Assembly: GCF_037042905.1 (NCBI RefSeq)
Contig: NC_087254.1
Location: forward strand, 28,396,001 to 28,460,000
Direction of reading: 5' to 3'
Length of the DNA: 64,000 nt
Origin: Lytechinus pictus
Lineage: Eukaryota
Shown: piece by piece, positions 1-14,754 of the stretch
How the letters are laid out: each line of letters starts with the position of its first letter
How positions within the stretch are numbered: position 1 is the stretch's first letter
Position numbers and translations under genes: made by a program
Notes under the pieces: model-generated
What the model was told of the DNA's origin: nothing
The model's database searches: none
What the model saw: the letters and a program-made list of their open reading frames with translations, nothing else

Positions 1-2532
1 TTCAAGCTAAGGAAAATGTCCAAAAAATATATCTTGCAAAAAAAAATCAGATTCAACACAAAATGTAGGAGATACATGGGAAATAAAATAGACTTCATGC
101 AGACAATACTCTTTCGTCCTGCAAATAAACTATATTAAAACTTGATAATGATGGAGGGTGCCATAATAAATTACTTGATACTGTGAGCAGCAATCTGCTC
201 TGTATACAAAAGAGGGCTAAGAGAATGCTGAATATTTGATGTGTCTTGCCTACCATATGGGACACCATATCATCCAACTCAGAGAGATGAGATGGTAAGA
301 TTTAATGACGACCTGGATCTATCCAACCAGAATACAAATGGCTTGGATGAAAAGCAAGCAGTATACTCAGATTTACTTCCATACTGGTGGATATTCATGC
401 ATCAGAAACATCCCATGGCAAGTCTCGCAAGGGTACCAATACAGTATCTCAAACGTCGTGGAATAAATTATTGTTTTAAAAACATTGATAGGTTCTGTGC
501 ATTGGTTTGAATCGTGAAAGAGGAATTTAAAATAATGTAGGCCTATATAATGCAATAACGCAATGTTGTTCACTTTTAAGAAATTAAATCCCCATAATGA
601 TAACATATGCAGTAGGCCTAAGCAACAAACTCTGCACACAGAAATGAAAGCATGGGAATACCAACAAAAGTAATCTGCCCTAATGTTATAGCGGATTTTT
701 AATCATGTATTAATGTAAGATATTTGAACTTGAAGTGCAGCCTTTTTGGAGTGGACCAGTTTCTTTTTAATGATATTCTCCCCCAAAAATGAAAATCATC
801 AACATAAATTGAAATAACTAAGTCAATCTGATTTTCTGTCTAAATTTAGGATCTCTTTAATAAAAGATTATCCATTGAATATGGTGATACAGCAGCTTTG
901 CTTTTCACTCTCCTGTACATTTCGCTTTTTAAAATTATTTCTCGGAATAACTTTCAGCAAAAACCTTACCATGTGACGAAGGTGGTCTGAATTTGCGATC
1001 TACAGGCCATTTCTGGTACTTGTGTACTGTAGGACCCTCTCAAATCGTAGTTGTGGTAGACTTGTCTCTAGACCCTAGCCTTGTTTAATATAGTCTTAAT
1101 CAGGGTCTGAACCTGCGGGCTAATTTTCAAGACCATACGAGAGACAATTTTTGGAGTGCATGATGAAGATGTCATGCCAATAGCATATTTGGGACATACA
1201 ACTCATATTTTACAAAGATACTCCATCACTTTTGATATTCATCTATAACAACATACAATTCGAATAGGGCCTTAAAACCTACCCTAAACAATAAGACAAA
1301 AATATAATTTGAATAAATAGGCCTAAATCATCCACATACATACATGTAAATATGTTATGGTGTGTATCCAGTTCGGGGGTCAAGTACTCTCAAAAACATA
1401 ACCTAGAATGCTTTCATAATCTCTCTCAACACCTATAATGCATTTTTAAACTTATCATAACATACTGCTAAATTATTACTGCAGCTACAAGAATTAAATG
1501 AGGAAAAAGAGTATATGAACATCATCTAGCAGTCTTCTGTTGTCATTAAGTCATAAGAAATGGATCCCTTTCTTCAATTTCATGCATGAAGAGCTGTGGT
1601 GTTACCATAACAACCAAGTGGTGATTGTAAAAAGCAAGATTATTGTATTCAAGCCTTCATGAAGTCGTGTAGGTCCATATTTGAATACAGGTTTTATTTA
1701 TACAATACTCCCATTACCCATGCTTTATGAGAATATTAAATTATTAGATATCTCACCTTTCTCGGTGTAGCAATTGTAGGGATACCATCATGTAGGCCTA
1801 CAGCTCTGAGTGCTCTTCCCTCAGTAAACGCAACATATCATTTTGCTTTAAAACTCATCTCTAGTACATGTAGGTCCATTGTTAACTCTAATGTTAAGAC
1901 CAATCCAGACAAATAAGTGGGGGAGGGTTCATAATTATTTTTTAAATAGAATGGACGCAACTTTGTAGCTTATTCATAAAAGTATGCCTATAAATCTACA
2001 GCTTTAACATAACCATGGACGTACTGATATCGCCACCAACTAAATAATTACATCACAATTAGAGATAACAACGATCTCGTTGCAATAATAGTGCCTTTTA
2101 GGTAAGGGTCAGGATTAATAAAATGTGATTCTTTTCATAGTTTAGATAATGATGCTTTTTAAGTGTGTTTTCATTTTCCAGAATCCATGGCTCTTCTGAG
2201 CCTTCTAGAAGTTACCTCCATTCTTTGTCATTCTTGACTACTCCCAGCTTATGTTTACTGTTCCTCACTTCACTGGCAAGCCAGCAATGATAAAGCACCA
2301 TGAAGAGGAAGTTGATAATTCTTTTAGAAGCTCTGTGTTATTGCTAGCGAGTGTTCGTTATGATGGCAGGCGAGCAGCTTTTAAAGAGGAGATAAATATT
2401 TGATGGGCAGTAAAGTCCCCAATGCCTGTACTTATTCAGTAGGCCTAGGGTTCAACGATCAGCAGGGACCCCAAAACCACTGACCTGGACAATAGGCTTT
2501 ATCCCCATCCCTTTTTACTAGCTCACACACTA

Positions 2533-3417
2533 GGGCCGTCTGCACCATCCCGAGTTTTCAAATTAGCGCGCTATTTCTGATCCGGCAAATTATCCCGATC
2601 TGAAAAATCTCGAGATAGTTGGCGGTGCAGACGCAATTATCGCGCTAGTTCGTAGGATTAATCTCGAGATTGCAATCCCAAGTCAACTCGGGTTTATTTG
2701 CAAAATAGCGCGCTATTTTACGAATTATCCCGCTAATTCGTCGGTGCAGACGCACTCGAGATTGGACTCGGGGTAATTTATTCATGACGTCAGTCCATAA
2801 TGCAATTCGCGTTCCACTTCCGCCTTGGTCAAAACATAAACACGTGCGAAAGTCAACTTTATACATGCGAATAGCGTTCATATAAGCAACGATGGTGTCC
2901 CACCAGTGAATGGATTTTGGGAGAGACCAGACCGTAGGGGGAGGCGCTCATCGACGATGGTCATATTCAATAACAACACTGACAGCAGTGTTGTCTTATT
3001 CCTTCGAAAAATGTGAGCAAATAGCATTTCTTTCCTCCTTCTCTCCCTCTCTCTCTCTCTGTCGTTGCCTCCTACTCCGCCATCATATTTAACGAAGAAT
3101 ACATCACTTCTTCACTCGCTGAGCTGAGAGGATTGGGGGATTGTTGCATAACACCGGTTGAATTCGGCGAAAGTGCTAGTGAAAGGAGTACATTGCTTGC
3201 ATATCGCGGGAAGTTATTCAAAAGCGCGGGCCGTTGAAACTCCAAGATCCGAAAGTGCGCATGCTCGTAATATCGGGCTTGTTGCCTCGCTCGAGCAGGA
3301 ATCGCTCTTCGTGGGATGGTGCAGACGGGGTTTCTTGAATCTCGAGATTAATCGCGAAGAGGGCTGATCGGGCTAAAATCTCGAGATTGAGCAAACTCGG
3401 GATGGTGCAGACTCCTC
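2533..3417. mobile_element. Non-autonomous TIR element (MITE), PIF/Harbinger-like
   Basis: TIRs GTCTGCACCATCCCGAGTTT / AAACTCGGGATGGTGCAGAC flanked by TA. The GC-rich interior repeats GGTGCAGACG, TAGCGCGCTATTT and ATCTCGAGAT. The superfamily is inferred. Confidence 0.7.
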
Positions 3418-4614
3418 TACTCACACTTTCTCTTCATTAATATACACTCTTTCTCTCTCTCTCTCTCTTATTGGATGTGGCAATTAGTCATGTTTGAACG
3501 TATGTTACAGTAAAAACTTGCCACTTGAAACACATTTCTTCAATATCGATCAAGAAGTACACATTGAAAAGATAAATAATAATACCAATAACAATAAAAT
3601 TATCACTAACATAATGGTAATTATAACAATAATAATAATTAGATTTTAATTTGTCATAATAACACATTAGGTAGTCTGTCATCATTATCATTGTAAAAAA
3701 TGACCGCTGCCAGTTTTTCGTTACGAAAAACTCGCGCCGAATCCTAGCATATAGGCGGAGGCCATGCATTGTAATCTTCCGAATCAGATGTATGCCTGTA
3801 TGTTTCACATAACAGCATCAGACTCATCAGGGCAAAGACAAAAGCTGTGACCTCTGCCTAGATTCGAGGCTACTTCTCCTCATGTTGCATTGTTTGTTTT
3901 GTTTTTACATGATACCCAGTGCGTCCTTTAAAATTGATATATCCTGGGAGATTGTATCTATTCCTTTGTTGTGCATCCTTGAATAAAGTGATTTTCCAAA
4001 AAAGAACCACTGAAGTCAATCAGAAGGGAAACTTGAGCAAAGGGAAACTTGAGCAAAGTTAATCTTATATTTTCATCAACAGAATCTAAATTTCAATCAG
4101 TCTGATTCATTCATAACGACAGAGAGAGAAGGCTCAGAAAATGTGAAATACATTTTTAAAAGAGAAAAGAGGTGGCAAAGATACAACAAAAAGAGTAAAG
4201 ATATCAAGTTGACACTATCTGGAGAGCAGACAGGGACTTAATTGACAAAAGGGAAAATCAAATAGAGAAGGAATGAGAAAACAGGAAAGAAAAAGAAATA
4301 GGAGGAATGTGAGAAAGAATAACATGTGGATAGAAAGCAGACTCACTCATCGTAGGAGGGCTGCAGGAATAGAAAAACTTTTTGGAAACACAGAAGGACA
4401 GGGAGAGCAAAGAGAGGGAGACAAAGGAGGGGTGACAAAAGAAGAAGGGAAGGGGACCCAATGAGGATCAGTATAACACCATGGGCGTGAAAACAGGAAT
4501 AAAAGAGAAGGTTGAGATCCTAATTATGATAGCCTATGTAAACAGTGCAGGAAATAACATTGTAATAGAGTATTGTGGCTTGTAATAACCTCTCATTACC
4601 TCAGATTACCTCAG

Positions 4615-4877
4615 GGCCCCGTCTTACAAAGAGTTACAATCGTAACTCTATGGAAATCCATCAGTGTCATAATTTTTTATACAGAAAATGTGCACAATGT
4701 CCTTTGTAAACTAGGAGAAGCACAGTGAATTTTCAAGACAACGATGAATGCATGAATAGACCTATACATCATAGCTAGAAAATATTTTGAACAAACATGC
4801 ATAATAGATGTTGACATTGCTGGCCGTCCATAGTCGCGATCGATCGGATCAATCGCAATTATTTGTAAGACGGGGCC
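4615..4877. mobile_element. MITE with CAG target duplication
   Basis: TIR GGCCCCGTCTTACAAA...TTTGTAAGACGGGGCC with CAG on both sides. Confidence 0.7.
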
Positions 4878-5289
4878 CAGATCAGCTTTAACTCTCAAAT
4901 CCATCTCTCATCATTGAATAGACTGCAAAAACACAATTCCTTCAAGGCTCGAATCCCTGCATTTCTCAGTATTCTTGTAAGAACTTGGGGTAAACCAATT
5001 TACCAAAATTAAAGGGGTTATCACAAAATGCTGTGGAAAAAAAAACTTTGATACGGTGCATAATAAAGGTTAGACCAATATCTCGATCTTATTGTCGTTG
5101 AAAAATATACCAATAATACTCTGTTTGTAGTAGACATGATATTGCATGTCTGAATGTATCTGCAATCATGAAAACGAATAGCCTCTAATCACTTTTCATA
5201 AGTTTTCAGTTTCAAATAGATAATCCTTCATCACTGTATGTTTTGCATACCAAGTCAAGTCGTGTGAGCACTGCTCTTATCAGGACCAG

Positions 5290-5446
5290 GGGAGTGTTTC
5301 ATCAACATTTTCATCCGACAAGTTGTCAGATCTGACATCTTTCTCTGATGTTCATTGGCTGAGAGGTACTGATACTATGGTAACTGTCTGATAAAATGTG
5401 ACTTGTCGGATAAAACGTCTGACAAGTCCTTTCATGAAACGCTCCC
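5290..5446. mobile_element. 157-bp MITE (copy 1; copy 2 at 42882-43038)
   Basis: TIR GGGAGTGTTTCAT...ATGAAACGCTCCC with CAG flanks. A very similar second copy is in this window. Confidence 0.75.
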
Positions 5447-8404
5447 CAGGCGTAATCATAAAAATATAAATGCAAACCCTAAACTGGTTTAAGAACTGAA
5501 TTTCCTTACTTATATTAAAGATTTCACATATTTGGTATTAGATTTAGAATGGACCAAAATATGATGGCAATAATTTATGGTTTCTCAATTTTGAAATCTA
5601 GCAGCTCTCCCAAAACTGGACATTCTTTCAGGTTTCTCAGATATCACTCTGTATCAAATATGAACATTATCTAATGTTGTGGCACTTGAATGTTAAAAGC
5701 ATGATTGTTATTGATTAATTGGTCCTCCTGCAGCCAATTACACAGATCATCTGTTGGTCTATGAGGCGAGCAGCCCTAGCAGCCCAAGCTATTGATTTTT
5801 GTGTATGCATGATATTGGAACCACACATCATTGAAGCCTTCAAGGGAAAGAATGAAGTCAATCACTAGGCCAATCAATGACAAAGGCTTGCCTCCGGTCG
5901 GTCGGGATTGCTCATCAAAGAAACCCTGTGATAAGACCTTTTTGCTGCTGAGAACGAAATCAAGTCAGACGTAAGTCTATCTTTAGAAATATTTTGTTGT
6001 ACCTGGGTGTCGTGCAAAATGGCTGAGACCTTTAACACCAAACAGATGAGCCAACTACCTCCAGACATGCAAAATCAAAACACATATCGGCCCATTCTTA
6101 TACCATCAAGCTTCTAACTGAAATAAGAAGTGCAACAGAAATGTCTTTCAGGCTGACCTAAAAAAAATAAAACAAAAAATCATTGAAGATAATTGAAATC
6201 GATACCAGATGGACAGGCAGTAACTAGTTAATAATTTGATATTGCATGCCAAAAAATCTAAATCTCAAATATCAAGAAAGTGTTATATTTATTGAGGTTT
6301 ATGTAAGATGTTATATATTATATTATTACTGAAGTGAGAGATACAATGCATGCTTGGTTTTGCTAGCTATCACATATAATAAATACAAGGCAGACATTTC
6401 TCTATATATTAAGAATTTATCATCGTATGCCTAAATTATTTGTTTAAATTCATGATCCATAACTTAAGGTGACAGCGGTGGGATCGATGGAGATATTACA
6501 CTCCCTTTTTGTCATTTCTTTGTGTGACCTTCATTTGGAGTATGTTTTCTAGGGGTTTACTGTGCTGTTGGTATAGAGAGTAAGGTTTAGGCTTCCACAA
6601 GTACATGTAAAGACAGGAAATGGATTTTGAGGATACCCTACATCCTAAAGGTGATGTCAAGACGTTGTGTGGAAGAATGTGAGAGAAAACAGAAAGGAAA
6701 AATCAAGAGACTGTCACAAGAGAAAAGCAAACAGTTTTGATGTGAAATACAGAGAAAATTTCAGATATTACAAGGGATAAGGTAAGTATGAAAAAGATCT
6801 GATGAAAAAGATCTGATGAAACAGAAACATGGAAAGGGCAACGATATTAGCTTTACTGCCTTTCAACATTTAGAAATTCGATGCCTATGTAAACAGTGAC
6901 CTTCCTCAGAACATCAATTATATACCATCCCCCATCCATGCAGGGCTCCAAAAATTTGAAGAACAATTTTATGCTGTAAATTGTTAAACAATATGGGTAA
7001 ATATTTCAAGAGTGAGCTTACATTGCTTTCCAATAGCAAGGTTCACACAAGCAGCCAGGGGGAATGCTAGACTCTACTGCTGTACACAAATGTGACCTTA
7101 TGTTTTTTTAAATACCCCTAAAGCATAAGGTAATCGTAAACCCTATTAACTATCTTGCATATTATCAGGGAATTACACATTACTACAAAAAGACAGAGCA
7201 ATAAATATGGAGAAAAGACATCCAAATATTCCTTTTTCCCTGTTTGTGGTGTTTTTGACAACCCAAACACATCAAGTGTATCACCAGGAATAGCTACCCT
7301 TTGTATGTATTTTATGGTCATGAAGGTGTAAGGCAACACTGATACTGTTCAGTCACCCCAGCATAATAAATAAAGAAAGAAAGGCATTTGTTTTTTGGGA
7401 AGGTAATAGTTCTAAATAACATTTAAAGTTGATGCATGTGCACACAATTTCATTCCACTGTGTCATGTGATGTCAGGTTCAGGTCAATTATAAAACTATA
7501 ACCTGATATATTTGAAACTCTTCTAGATGTTTGACTTTGAGATCTTGTGAATTAAATACTAAACTGTTCTGTGTGAACATGTCTAGAAACGTGTTTTCCT
7601 TGAGAGTAATGCCCAACCAAGACCTTGACCTCACAATTCATCAAGAATTATGCTGTGTTCACATGCTGTCTATCTAAGCAATGAAATAAGTCGTTTAGAT
7701 GATAAATACAGTAGGCCTATATCACATGATAAGAAATAACACCTATTCTACAACTTTACAACTCTCTTATCATAACTATATTTTATGCAATTCATTCAAC
7801 TTGTGAATTAGCTTTCAAGATGTATAAGTTTTGCAATGTTAGTTATTATGTCATTTACTTGAAAGCTGGAAAGTTCCAGCTGCGGCTATTTTTTTTTTCA
7901 TGTGCGGCAGTTATGAAAGATGTTTGATCATCAATAAATAAAATTATTTTCATTGAACTGAATAGAAACTATTCATTTGAAATCAAGAAGGCGTTCTTAC
8001 CATGACCTTCATGAAATTCAAAGAGCTTTAATAGCCATTCTTTATTCTCAATCTTACCAGTATGAATCCAGCCTAAAACCCGACATTCCAACTCTGATTT
8101 TTTTAATGGGAGAAGGGGGCTTACACGTGGCCCTTTGACTTTTAAAACCAGGATGTATATCTGTACACATACTCCTTGCATCATTAAAGAAAAACAATCT
8201 AACTTCCAAATGCTGAGCTGGTGAACTTGGATAGGCCTACTACGTGTATGTCAATATGAACAAACCCTAAGCTCCCAGATTCTAGGGATGAATACTGGGG
8301 ATGACTGGTCTACACGCTGCCTGCACATTTCTCATTTTCCAGCACGCTTCCTCCTAGGTGCTAAGTTTGTAATATATCACACCTCTACCTCCTTGAATCA
8401 CCAA

Positions 8405-8537
8405 GGCCCCTGCAACATTAAGCTTAGCAATTGATCGTGGGGATGATTTTTAGGAAGGATCATACACAGTAACCAATGCAATCAGTTGTAGAAATCAGCC
8501 CTACAATCGATCACTAACATTTATGCTACCAGGCCCA
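8405..8537. mobile_element. Small degenerate MITE
   Basis: Imperfect inverted ends GGCCCCTGCAACATTAAGCTTAG ... CTAACATTTATGCTACCAGGCC. Confidence 0.4.
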
Positions 8538-11384
8538 GATGTTGAATCTTACAGACAGATCCTGGCTTACTGATTTGTTTAGAATTCAATATCTCCTTAG
8601 CTGAGAAGCAGAAGGGGTTATGTCTGTGGTAATGAATAAAAACTTATGTCTTTCTAGTTCTGAACTGATGATACGACTTCTCACATTGCATAGGAGTATT
8701 CTGTTCAAGGAAATTGAATTTCATTCATGAACCATCCTCTTCACCTTCCTTGCATTCTCTCTCCTTCTTTCTAATTTTCTTGATTTTGTTTTTCTTTTGC
8801 TGTCGCAAGGTATGACTTGGCTTCCAAGAAGCAGAGTTATAATTGATTTATTATTAAGGGTTTATTTGATGACTAACACCGGAAGATGAGACCACGGGTC
8901 ACGGGAATCATTTCAGACACCACTATTCTTCAATTCCAATTCTGAATCATCAATAATGAGTGCAATATTAGTACACATTAATGGGTCAAACAATTACAAG
9001 GTGAAAAATAATATCACGGAAATGGGCAGTGGACGTATAAACAAAAAGAAAATCGTGGTCTTATTCATACACATAATGCATTAAGAATTGTAAATAAATT
9101 ATTTCATGTGTGCAATTCAATTCAAAATAGTTTGTTCAGGTAAAAAAATAATTAAATTGCACAAAAAAAATAATTAGCAGTATTTTTCAACTATGTAACA
9201 GCATTAAGCATAAGTATGGTTAGTTTTCCTTTTTATTGACTTGTTTTCTCCTCTTTTTTATTATCTTTTGCCAGCTCAAGCAACTGCAGTACCAATGAGA
9301 AATAAGGATATTTTACTCCATGATAAAAATGGGGCCTTTGGAAGCTAGTGATAGGTAATCTTGATTTTTAAAACAGATTAATTTAAGGATTTTATTTATT
9401 ATTACTTTCATTTTAATTTTATGTAGAAATAGCATACTAGTATATCTCTGTATGGAAATATTGGGAATGAAAAATATCATTTATCATTATTTTTATTATT
9501 ATCATTTTGTTTGGCATCACCTGTGTCTGGGAGGTGAAAGCGAACTGAATCGCTATGACCCATAGGTCTCTCCTCAAGAGCACTACTACACCGGGGTTTC
9601 CCCCTACTCTATTACGAATAGTGCAGTGGGTTCTAAACATGCAAAGGTGGTGAGTGTGCTAAATATTATAGAAGACTAGTTAACTTACATCTGCAATGCC
9701 TTCTGGGAGTGGTTCAAGAAGGTGATCTGATTCTGTTTTGGTACAAATAACAGCATCGGAGACCACAAGGCTCTGATTATCATTGCCTTCTTTTGCTGCA
9801 GATGACTGGAATTTTAAAAAAAATTATGAAACAAATATTGAAAACAATGCTGCAACACTGTAAAAGAAGCTCAAATGTAGTCAATCTCAACTCATACTAC
9901 TGAAAGCTAAGGGCTACAAAGTATATTAAAATAATCAGTGGTGAAAACACTTATTTTTTATGCTGAAACATCACAAGTTTTCGCAATCAAAATTTACGAG
10001 ATATTAGAAAATTTCAACGAAATAGTTCTGACAATATGCGGCAATAAAGAACTCTAACAGGCCCATAAATTCTATATCCAGGCATCTTTTACTCTTCGAA
10101 TACAGCAAAAGATCCAATACTGTTTAAAATCCCATCAAACTGACTTTTTCAGATTCTCTTCTACTTGAGCTCTCGGAAAATTTTCACAAATCACAATTGA
10201 AATGATAATTAGATCAAATTGTCTTTGATTTCATTTCACAAGTAAATGACTGATATCGTATGGGCAGAAGAACTGAAGCAGTAATTATTGGCCACATATT
10301 TGTTTTAATCTGTTGCAGTTTATAATAATAATAATAATAATATATTTAAAAAGTAAACTGGTAAAGAGTTAAAATTTTACACTTACATATTGATATCATG
10401 GGATAATTCAGATAATATGTGTCAATTGGAACAAGGAAAGAAAAGCCTGAAAATTATTATCATATCACAATTCACATGGCTACTATTGAAAGCACCAAAT
10501 TAATGTTATTCAGTCATAATGCCAATCGTATTGATATTCGTGATATCCTAAAATGGATCGGAGCCACAAATTGTTTGGTCATGCACCTCAGGAGCCATGT
10601 ATTACTCATCAATTGGTGATTGCACATCAGCTCATTAACAAAAAATTATGAATTAAACGGACTTATTCAGGCCCTAAATACCCTATTACTTAAATATTCA
10701 CACCACCCTGAACCAAATAAATTTCCTGTTGTTTCAAGCTACCGAGACTCTTCCATTCCTTGAAGCAGGATTAATATTCTGCTTGCATCACAAAAAAAAT
10801 CAAATGTTCTTGGAATTTGCTCTCACACTATAAAAATCCCTGCAACTTTGGAGTAACATCTGCAATGTGAAAATACTTTTGAAAATTTGTGCACTTACTT
10901 AATCGCTGATATTTGTTTTTAGATGCTATGAGAATTATTATTGGAACAACACTAGCAAAATACAAGGTAATGATGTTAGCTCCCCTTCAGAAAATACCAG
11001 GTTATAAATTTTATGATTGGATACATGTAGGTGTGAAAGCATCTTGGTACTAATTTCAGTTTTGGTACACCCCCCCCCCCCTAGCAAAAAAGTGAATGTT
11101 GCAATTCAAATTCTATCATTATAGATTTTATTAATGTGATGTCCTAAACAGTTGTGAAGTGAAGTATATGAAATATTTTCTATATATATATTTATATTGC
11201 AATTTTAATTTTCAGAGTTCAAGAAATATTCAACACTACTATGCTTCTGTAGGATTGGCATGTTGAGTATTTGAGTATTTGCCATTTGAGTATTTAATTC
11301 ACATCACTGTCCCTTTTCCAAAGCTTTGTCAAGGCTTAGTTTCAAGTGCTTTCAAACCGATCTGATCATAAAAATATGGCATAA

Positions 11385-11585
11385 TTTCCTTCAGCAAGAA
11401 ATTTATCCACATTGCGCTGCACTCAACCCAGGTGAGGTGAATGGATACCCGGCAGGATTAATTCCTTGAATGCATGGAGCGCTGAAAGGCAGCTCAAGCT
11501 AAAGCCGGGGTAATACTAATAATAACATCGCGCCTTGGAATAGAATATTTCTAGATAGATGGCGCCATATAAATGACTATCATTA
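11385..11585 (+). mobile_element. SINE fragment (central conserved domain and tail)
   Basis: GCTGCACTCAACCCAGGTGAGGTGAATGGATACCCGGCAGG core, similar to the minus-strand SINE at 20270-20535, ending in GCGCCATATAAAT. Confidence 0.6.
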
Positions 11586-12734
11586 AGACTTACCTCTGTA
11601 GTTTCTTCTGGGATGGTATCAAGGAGCTGATCAGATTCTGTTTTCTGACAAACCATGGTTTCTATCGTCTCTTTTCTTATCGCATCAGGGGGAGTACAAT
11701 GAGACTGCTCACAGATATGGCGCATAGGTGAGGATGGCTTGTTTGGTGCTAGAATGATTAAACGATAAAAGGCCATTATGTGACAGCTACATGGAACAAC
11801 ATATCAGCTAGCATCTTGGCAGTTCATAGTTCTTTTCCCAGAATGCAATATGCTTATTTTGTATTCTCTTTCACTCCCAACCTACATCTATTTCCCAATA
11901 ATATTTATTCTCTATTCATAACATATCGTCTGAAAACCAGCATATATTTTCCAAACATGCTGCCCCTTAATCATCCTCAGGAAAATGTGTAGCATATAAC
12001 CAAAAAATTTAGAATATAATTTACATCCTACCAGTCTCAAGGTATTCATACCAAGGTATGAATTGGTACCAGCAGAAAGGAATCTCTTGATTACTCGGTA
12101 CTATAATAGGTAGCCTTGTCAATGTTAGTGTTGTAAGTAAACTAAATGAAATTGATTATGATGCATTACATTGTGATGTTACATCTCTATAAGCATCATA
12201 TTCAGAATCAGAAGTACTAAAATCAAATGTTGCTCCAACTGCCTTTATGCAGTTATTTGATCTTTATTAGTATCTATTTATTTCATATGGGCCAAGGGCA
12301 ACAAAACTGTTCCCTGACCTTGTAACTCATGGGCAAGTCAGTATCACAAACCAAGTTCTTCATTTGTGAAATTTAAAAAATGATGCACGTTTTGATTCAT
12401 CAAGGAAAATATAAAGAGATCTAATTCATTAATTGAATCTAGTCGACAGGGTTTACTCTCCAAGCCAAAAAAGTAAAAAGTAATCATATAACCATCAGAA
12501 AATAAGAATAAAGAAACACATCATTCATAGACTGGGGTACCTTTTGTTATTTTAATGCAAGGGCTTCTTGGATGGTTTTGTTCCAGAGTGACACTGCAGC
12601 TGGCCATCTTATCAATTAACTTCATACCAACTTGCAGCCAGATGCTGACATTGTCATGGATGAGGTAAGTCTCTGCTCAAAATGTGATCTGAAAAAAAAA
12701 ATGAAATTCATGAAACCTTACCCCCAACAATTAA

Positions 12735-13130
12735 AGGTACCGTAAAAGAAAGTAGTTGCAGCAAACAATTATTTCATGAGAAAGTCATTTAAATAATGGT
12801 TAATTGTCAAAATATTATCATACATCTAGATCTGGTACATTAAATTCATCTTTGTAAAATCATGAAAACTTCACTCAAAATTGATAATTCTGATGATCAC
12901 TAACACAGAATAGCATATATGTGGGTCAGGATACTGTATTAATATTGCTTCGAAAAATACCCAACATTTGATGGAATTCTGTGCTTATTTTGTTCATTTC
13001 TCATCAAGTACACATTTTCTTCCAGAGCTATGTAGCACATATTTTTTATTTATACAAACACTTTGATGGTAATTTCATTGGATTCTGTTTGAACTCATTT
13101 TTAGATCATTGCCACAACTGGTATTTATCT
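12735..13130. mobile_element. Kolobok/T2-like MITE (degenerate)
   Basis: TTAA|AGGTA...TATCT|TTAA with subterminal AGTTGCAGCA / TGCCACAACT. Confidence 0.5.
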
Positions 13131-14356
13131 TTAAACTGAATTTCATGTCTTCATCTTCTGAATGCTCTTCAAGATCTTGTTTAATATGTATTTCTCTTTC
13201 AGTCGCCTCTCTTCTTCTCAGTATTTGTACTTCTTTGACATTCCCCCCCCCCCCCCCCCCCGCCTTCCCCTCTCCTTAATTCATATTCCACATCTTTCAT
13301 TCCCTAGTTTTATGCTTGTTTTGTTTTAAAACATGTTTTCAAAAAAATAAAAGCAATTTATCATAACCATACCCCAATCATCTCTTCCTCATACATTTAT
13401 CTCTACAACTATATACTCTGTCTATATCGATCTCCCTCACTATCTAACCATCTTTTTGTCTTCTCCAGTGCCATGAAACAATAATCAGACTCCACATGCA
13501 TTTTTTTTTTCAAGGATCAAGCTCAGGCATTCAAAATGTGCACAATGCATGAATACAAATTCAGAGTTCTCTCTTTAAAGTTTAAAGAGATGTATTTAAT
13601 GAAATATAAGGCTTGTGTGAGCTGTATCCACAAGCAGTATTCCATCCATATTTGGGTTCACCCTGCTGTGCCACTTGCAATCATTGACTCATTGGCATTT
13701 CTTGGAAGATAGTTTCTCAATCTAAACATTTTAATGTTGATCTTTTATTTTTTTTAATCATGAAAGTTTTTTTAATGTTTTTTTAAAGAAAGGGTCTAGC
13801 CCCCTTTGCAGAAAGAGGTTTGAATGAAATTGCATTGAATTGAATAAAAATACCCTCAACATGCAGTCAAGGCTCTCTCTCTCTCTCTCTTCTCTTTTCC
13901 TCTTGTCCTCTCTTCCCTTCTCTTCTCTCTTTTTTTTAAGTGAACATGTTAAATACAATGATTCATTTGCCCTTCATTTCTTACTGACATACAAAGAAAA
14001 CAATCAACATCAACTGTATATATTCCCTGCAATGTGTATATATATATATTCTGTTTCTCTCTCTTTCCCTCAAATCTTCTGAAATATGACTCCCAGTCAA
14101 CCCTGGCATCATGAACCAGTGAAGAAGCTGATGATGGATCTGTTTATCCACTGTTTGCATAATATAATTGCCAATAAATCACTTTCCATTGCAAGGCATA
14201 CATCACAGGAGAGCAGTTCATGAAACAGAAAAGTCAGTCATCTGTTATAGGCTACTGAAATATCTGCATCTGACTGGTGCAGAACAAATTAGTCTGTGAA
14301 ACATTTTGGATGAGATGCTTCGTGAAACACTCCCATGTTCTCTCCAAGCAGTAAAA

Positions 14357-14754
14357 TGCCAATTCGTCCACTCACCACATGGTCCACCATCATTTAGTCT
14401 AATGCCAGTCCATCCATAAACATTTCGTCTGACAATCATTTGGTCCAATAACCATTTGGTCCAATCATCACTTCGTCTAAATAATCACAATTTCGTCTAT
14501 TACCATTTCGTGTAATAACCAGTTGGTCTAATACCCCTTTTCTTCTCATTCATTTCGCACAATTAACACTTTAGTATAATTAGACCAAAAGGTTTAGAGA
14601 CTAAATGGCTATTAGGCCAACTGATTATTAGACGGAATGGCATTAGACTAAATGAAAGTAGACCATGTGGTGAGAAGACAAACTGATGATAGACCAAATG
14701 ATGGTAGACGAGTTGGCAATTGGAAGAATTGGCATTAGACGAATTGTAAATAAA
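14357..14754. mobile_element. Foldback-like repeat built from short TTCGTCTA/TTGGTCCA units (copy 1 of 3)
   Basis: The left half has CATTTCGTCTA/TTGGTCCAAT units and the right half their reverse complements. Homologous to 50333-50745 and 61262-61710, in the opposite orientation. Confidence 0.7.
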
